Shown: positions 60,153 to 64,000 of the stretch, piece after piece
How the letters are laid out: every line of letters starts with the position of its first letter
How positions within the stretch are numbered: the stretch's first letter is position 1
Assembly (NCBI GenBank): GCA_964537895.1
Contig: CAZIDK010000003.1
Location: forward strand, 1,171-65,170
From: an uncultured Gammaproteobacteria bacterium
Lineage (GTDB): Bacteria; Patescibacteriota; Microgenomatia; Levybacterales; UBA12049
Reading direction: 5' to 3'
Length of the DNA: 64,000 nucleotides
The notes under the pieces: model-generated
What the model saw: only the letters and a program-made list of their open reading frames with translations
Told to the model about the DNA's origin: nothing
Databases searched by the model: none
Made by a program: the position numbers and the translations under genes

Positions 60153-60418
60153 TTATTGCTTCCCGTTTTTACCTGTCCCTCGGTTAAAGCCAGTATTTTC
60201 CCAAGCTCTGCCGTAAGTTTTTTAGCCTGTTCCCTGCTCATTCCAACTCTTGCAACAACTCTAACTTGATTTGTGTTAGCCAGACGCTGAGTAATATCTA
60301 AAACAACGCCATCGGGATTTACCGTAATCATTACGTTATCCGTATATAGAATTGGAGTTGTATCCAAATTAATATTAACTGCCAATTCTTGTTTTTTCTT
60401 TTCATCCATTATTATCAC
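60149..60418 (-). CDS. DUF3467-like small protein
   Basis: P.LY.DN, GVVLD and VVARVGMS..AK motifs. Confidence 0.75.
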   Translation of the reverse strand: MIIMDEKKKQELAVNINLDTTPILYTDNVMITVNPDGVVLDITQRLANTNQVRVVARVGMSREQAKKLTAELGKILALTEGQVKTGSNN

Positions 60419-60464
60419 CCCGCAGTCCGCCGCTAAAGCGCTCCCCGATTTAATCGGGGCAAGC

Positions 60465-61421
60465 TTAGGCGGGCCCTAAATACATTATTTCTTCTTCCAA
60501 TTCAATATTGAATTTTTCTCTGACCGCATTTTTGGCAAAAATAATTAAAGTTTTTACATCGCTTGAAGTCGCATTGCCCAAATTGACAATAAAATTAGGG
60601 TGCTTATCGGAAATCATCGCCTCTCCTTCTTTTTTACCTTTAACGTTTGCAAGAAAAAGTAATTTGGCAGAAGGAATAAGAGGAAACGGGTCATTTTTTA
60701 TGTATTGAGCGAGCTCTCTTTTCCAATTTTCCGGAACGGACTCGACTTTTACATTTTTAAAAGTACTGCCGATGTTTGGATATTCCATCGGATGTTTTGT
60801 ATTTCTGTAATCTATTTTTTCTTGAATTGAGTTTTTTATCGCTTCTTTATCACCGGTTTGCAAACCAAGAGCCACCGATAAAATAATCTCATTTTTCCCC
60901 TGCTCCGATTTAAAGAAACTGTAACGATAATCAAAAAGGCATTCCAGATTTGTTCTTTTCTTTTCCTCAAAGGTGTTAAAATTTAAGCTTACTACTTCTT
61001 TTACGCTATCCCTTATTTCACCCATAAAAGCTCCGGCATTCCCCCTAACAGCACCGCCAATTGTTCCAGGTAATCCTCCTGCCCACTCTAAACCGGATAA
61101 TTGATTTTCAATGCAAAAACTTAAAATTTGCAAAACTAAAACTCCGGCTCCGACAATCAAACCTTCTTCTTTTTTTTCTATCCCCGAGATATTATTATAA
61201 ATAACTAAACCCTCAAAACCCTTTTCGCTTATTAAAATGTTCGTTCCTTTTCCTAAAACAAAAATTCTTTTTTTATTGTCCGGAAAAGCTGACGAAATCT
61301 CTTTCCATTTCCTTAGGCCTTCTAACAACTGCTCTTTTGTTGAAATTTCGAGGAAATAAGATGCGGGTCCGCCTATTTTGTAATTGCTGTAATCTTTAAG
61401 GGGAACATTTTGTCTAATCAT
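60465..61421 (-). CDS. murB: UDP-N-acetylenolpyruvoylglucosamine reductase
   Basis: KIGGPA, PGTIGGAVRGNAGA, GSTFKN, H.NFIVN and LE.E motifs. Confidence 0.95.
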   Translation of the reverse strand: MIRQNVPLKDYSNYKIGGPASYFLEISTKEQLLEGLRKWKEISSAFPDNKKRIFVLGKGTNILISEKGFEGLVIYNNISGIEKKEEGLIVGAGVLVLQILSFCIENQLSGLEWAGGLPGTIGGAVRGNAGAFMGEIRDSVKEVVSLNFNTFEEKKRTNLECLFDYRYSFFKSEQGKNEIILSVALGLQTGDKEAIKNSIQEKIDYRNTKHPMEYPNIGSTFKNVKVESVPENWKRELAQYIKNDPFPLIPSAKLLFLANVKGKKEGEAMISDKHPNFIVNLGNATSSDVKTLIIFAKNAVREKFNIELEEEIMYLGPA

Positions 61422-61454
61422 GACTTGATTTTATCACAAAAACTAATAGAAAGA

Positions 61455-61558
61455 TTTTACATTTAACATTTGCCATTCACCATTGATTACCTCATTGTCT
61501 AATTTTTCAATGTTAAATAAATGAAAAATGGAAGATGGAAAATGATAGATAATGATTA
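61455..61558. repeat. degenerate heptamer array, inverted (CATTTAA../AATGAAA..)
   Basis: Imperfect 7-mers between the S41 peptidase gene and murB. Confidence 0.6.
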
Positions 61559-61571
61559 CCTGTTGGGGATT

Positions 61572-62852
61572 TTATTTTAACAATTCCTCTATGGCTCTTT
61601 CAAGCTGAGTATCGCGGCTTGGATCTTTTGGATTAAGCGCTACCAAAATATCGGGAGTCAAGCCCTTACCGTTAACCCACGTTCCTTTTGGAGTAAGCCA
61701 TTTTGCAATTGTTACATGCAGTCCGGCTCCTTGGCCTAAGTCCTCGGCCTCCTGTATAGTTCCTTTTCCAAATGAAGTTTCTCCGATTAATTTTGCCCTG
61801 TTATTGTCCTTAAGCGCTCCCGCAACTATTTCGCTTGCCGACGCACTTCCTTTATTTATTAAAACAACAATCCGAATATTCGTAAAAACTCCCCGTCTTG
61901 AAGCGTAAAGAGTCTTTTTGTCGCCCGGAATGCCGGTTTCCTGCGAAACTACAGGCAATCCCTGATTTATAAACTCGGAGGCAATAAAAGTAGCATCTGT
62001 TAAATAACCGCCGGGATTATTTCTCAAATCCAAAATCAAACCCTTTACGTTTTTGTTTTTCTTTATCTGAGAGTTTAACTTGTTAACAAGCGTTAACCAT
62101 TCCTGATTGGTGTTATCACCAAATTGCGAAAGTCTTATATAAGCAACTTCGCCGGAATTGGCCTTGGCTTTTGATAAATCAATTACCTGGCATTTATTAC
62201 TGCAATCGACAGGCTTTACCCAGCCGTCAACGCTTTTAATGGTGATCGTATCTCTTATAATTTTAATTTCTTTGGGAGAATTTTCATCTTTATGTAAAAT
62301 TGTTAAGGAAACATCCGTACCTTTAGGCCCCCTTATCTTATCAACCGCCTGCCTTAAGTCCCATCCATTCGTTGATTGACCGTCAACGCCCATTATGGAA
62401 TCTCCTGGTTTTATTCCCGCTTTTTCGGCAGGACTTCCTGTTAAGGGAGCAATAACAATAATTTGTTTATCTTTCATCCCCAGTTCCGCCCCAATTCCTG
62501 AAAATTGTCCCGCTAAACCCTGCTTAAAGTTATTATTTTGAACCGGAGGAAGATATAATGTAAATGGGTCACCCAAAGTCTGCACCATGCCTGCAATGGC
62601 GCCGTTTAGCATCTTTTGGGTATCAAGCTTAGACTTATCGTAATAGTTTGTCTGGAGCTTCTCCCAAACCGTCCACAAAGGCGTGGCATCAATTGCAATT
62701 ACGCCCGCTGGAGGCTCTTTGTTTACAATTTGAAACTTGGGTTTGTAATTTTTCCATTCATAATTTATTTTATTAATGCCAAAAAAATAACCTACTAAAA
62801 GAGAGATTAAAATTACCAAGCTAATTTGTATTTTAAAATTCCTGTTTTTCAT
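61572..62852 (-). CDS. S41 carboxyl-terminal processing protease with PDZ domain
   Basis: GIG, SPA.KAG, DLRNNPGG, SASASE and FGKG motifs. Confidence 0.93.
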   Translation of the reverse strand: MKNRNFKIQISLVILISLLVGYFFGINKINYEWKNYKPKFQIVNKEPPAGVIAIDATPLWTVWEKLQTNYYDKSKLDTQKMLNGAIAGMVQTLGDPFTLYLPPVQNNNFKQGLAGQFSGIGAELGMKDKQIIVIAPLTGSPAEKAGIKPGDSIMGVDGQSTNGWDLRQAVDKIRGPKGTDVSLTILHKDENSPKEIKIIRDTITIKSVDGWVKPVDCSNKCQVIDLSKAKANSGEVAYIRLSQFGDNTNQEWLTLVNKLNSQIKKNKNVKGLILDLRNNPGGYLTDATFIASEFINQGLPVVSQETGIPGDKKTLYASRRGVFTNIRIVVLINKGSASASEIVAGALKDNNRAKLIGETSFGKGTIQEAEDLGQGAGLHVTIAKWLTPKGTWVNGKGLTPDILVALNPKDPSRDTQLERAIEELLK

Positions 62853-63607
62853 AAAATAATTAAGGATTTGTTTTCCGGATCAAGATAAACCTGCTTTTTA
62901 CTATGCTTAACCAATTTATCAAAATCTTCTTCTTCTATTTGCACAACCGGCGATTTTATTGCTTTTTCCTCCAAGTCTTCAAAGTCGCTTTCCCTTATTT
63001 GGGCGCCAATTACCCCCAATGCCCCAAGAGCAAATACTTTAAAAATTGAACCTTTTACGAAGTTTTTACCTAAAACTATCTTTTTGGCAACTTCCGCAGT
63101 TATCTTACTAAAATCTATCTCTTCATCCCCTATTACAAACAACTCCCCCCTTACCTCTTGCCCCCCTGCTCTTTTTGCAACTATGGCCTGCTTTTCTGTT
63201 TTTATGACGATTTTATCATTATTACAAAAATCAACAATTCCATCAACGGGAGAAATGATGGTAATTAAATTTCTCTCTCCCGAATCAGTACGAATTAATA
63301 CATCTCCCTTTTCCTCATCAATTTTAATTATTGTTCCTGAAAATTCGCTGATAATTTTTTTTGTTCCAAGTCCCAAACGGCCTTTTTTTACTGCCAAAAT
63401 ATCTCCTTTGGAAACGCTGTCTCCCAAATTTTTTCTTAAAGTTTTTGCGATTTTTTTAGGAGAAATGCGCAGAATTTGAAAAACGTGGATAACCTCTTCG
63501 ATGCCCTTTTCTTTTTTTTCTGCAATAATTTGGCCTGCCGTTAACTTATCGTTAACAGAAACTTTCGGAGTAAAGCCTTCTGGAAGAAGAACCGGCAGTA
63601 AAGTCAT
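62849..63607 (-). CDS. conserved hypothetical protein with barrel-sandwich-hybrid-like repeats
   Basis: V..GD..A and SP.DG.V patterns. Confidence 0.7.
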   Translation of the reverse strand: MTLLPVLLPEGFTPKVSVNDKLTAGQIIAEKKEKGIEEVIHVFQILRISPKKIAKTLRKNLGDSVSKGDILAVKKGRLGLGTKKIISEFSGTIIKIDEEKGDVLIRTDSGERNLITIISPVDGIVDFCNNDKIVIKTEKQAIVAKRAGGQEVRGELFVIGDEEIDFSKITAEVAKKIVLGKNFVKGSIFKVFALGALGVIGAQIRESDFEDLEEKAIKSPVVQIEEEDFDKLVKHSKKQVYLDPENKSLIIL

Positions 63608-63628
63608 TATTATATTATTATCCTTTTG

Positions 63629-63874
63629 CTATCTTACTATAAAAGGCAAAAGTGCTAAATGTCTTGCGCGCTTTATTTCAACAGTCAGCGCTTTTTGGTG
63701 ACTGGCGCAAAGTCCTGATCTTACTCTTGAAATAATCTTACCTCTTTCGGTAAGAAATCTTTGCAAGACGGCAATTTCGGAGAACGCAGGCTGTTTCTTC
63801 TCATCACAAAAATAACACTTTTTGGGAGCATTATTTTTTTGAATTTTTCTTCTTGGTGTTTTAGCTTTTGCCAT
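63629..63874 (-). CDS. rpsR: 30S ribosomal protein S18
   Basis: CYFC, ERGKI..R..G, HQ and IKRAR.LALLPF motifs. Confidence 0.96.
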   Translation of the reverse strand: MAKAKTPRRKIQKNNAPKKCYFCDEKKQPAFSEIAVLQRFLTERGKIISRVRSGLCASHQKALTVEIKRARHLALLPFIVR

Positions 63875-63879
63875 ATATT

Positions 63880-63956
63880 TTTAGCCATCAGCCATTAGCG
63901 TCTAGCTTTTAGTTTAACTAATTGCTAGTTGCTAGTTGCTAGCGGCTAATTACTGG
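63880..63956. repeat. degenerate heptamer array (TAGCCAT../GCTAGTT..)
   Basis: About 11 imperfect 7-mers between ssb and rpsR. Confidence 0.7.
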
Positions 63957-64000
63957 TTAGAACGGTATATCGTCGGGCACTATTTCTTCGGATTCGTCCT
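63957..64000 (-). CDS. ssb: 3' end of single-stranded DNA-binding protein
   Basis: Translates to ...ESEEIVPDDIPF*, the SSB acidic tip, directly upstream of rpsR. Confidence 0.85.
   Translation of the reverse strand, partial: DESEEIVPDDIPF

Overview
A 64-kb, AT-rich chromosomal segment of a Patescibacteria (CPR) genome, most likely Microgenomates. This taxon call is an inference from gene content and style. Identified genes: a type IV pilus locus (pilB, pilT, pilC, pilD and 7 prepilins), housekeeping genes (holB, gyrB, gyrA, hppA, folD, obgE, a single xer, greA, yebC, efp, pepA, dnaB, hisS, rpmE, prfA, murB, rpsR and the 3' end of ssb), one tRNA-Leu(CAA), a RAYT/Y1 transposase with REP palindromes, and a RelBE-type toxin-antitoxin pair. 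The most unusual signals are non-coding. (1) Two accessory islands (about 12.3-16.0 kb and 52.9-56.5 kb) are built as arrays of single-gene units. The units are separated by a polar GGGAAAATTTG(G/A) motif, share a double-hairpin element found in both orientations, and include two unrelated ORFs sitting in near-identical flanking frames. (2) A roughly 900-nt ORF-poor segment (32.5-33.4 kb) has paired ends, several long hairpins and a dif-like site. (3) A covarying hairpin motif of about 70 nt occurs three times. (4) A leader-peptide attenuator precedes a GNAT-like plus deacylase gene pair. (5) Heptamer arrays and small palindromic elements are widespread, and many are inserted in frame inside genes. 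All calls come from reading the sequence by eye; no searches or folding programs were run.
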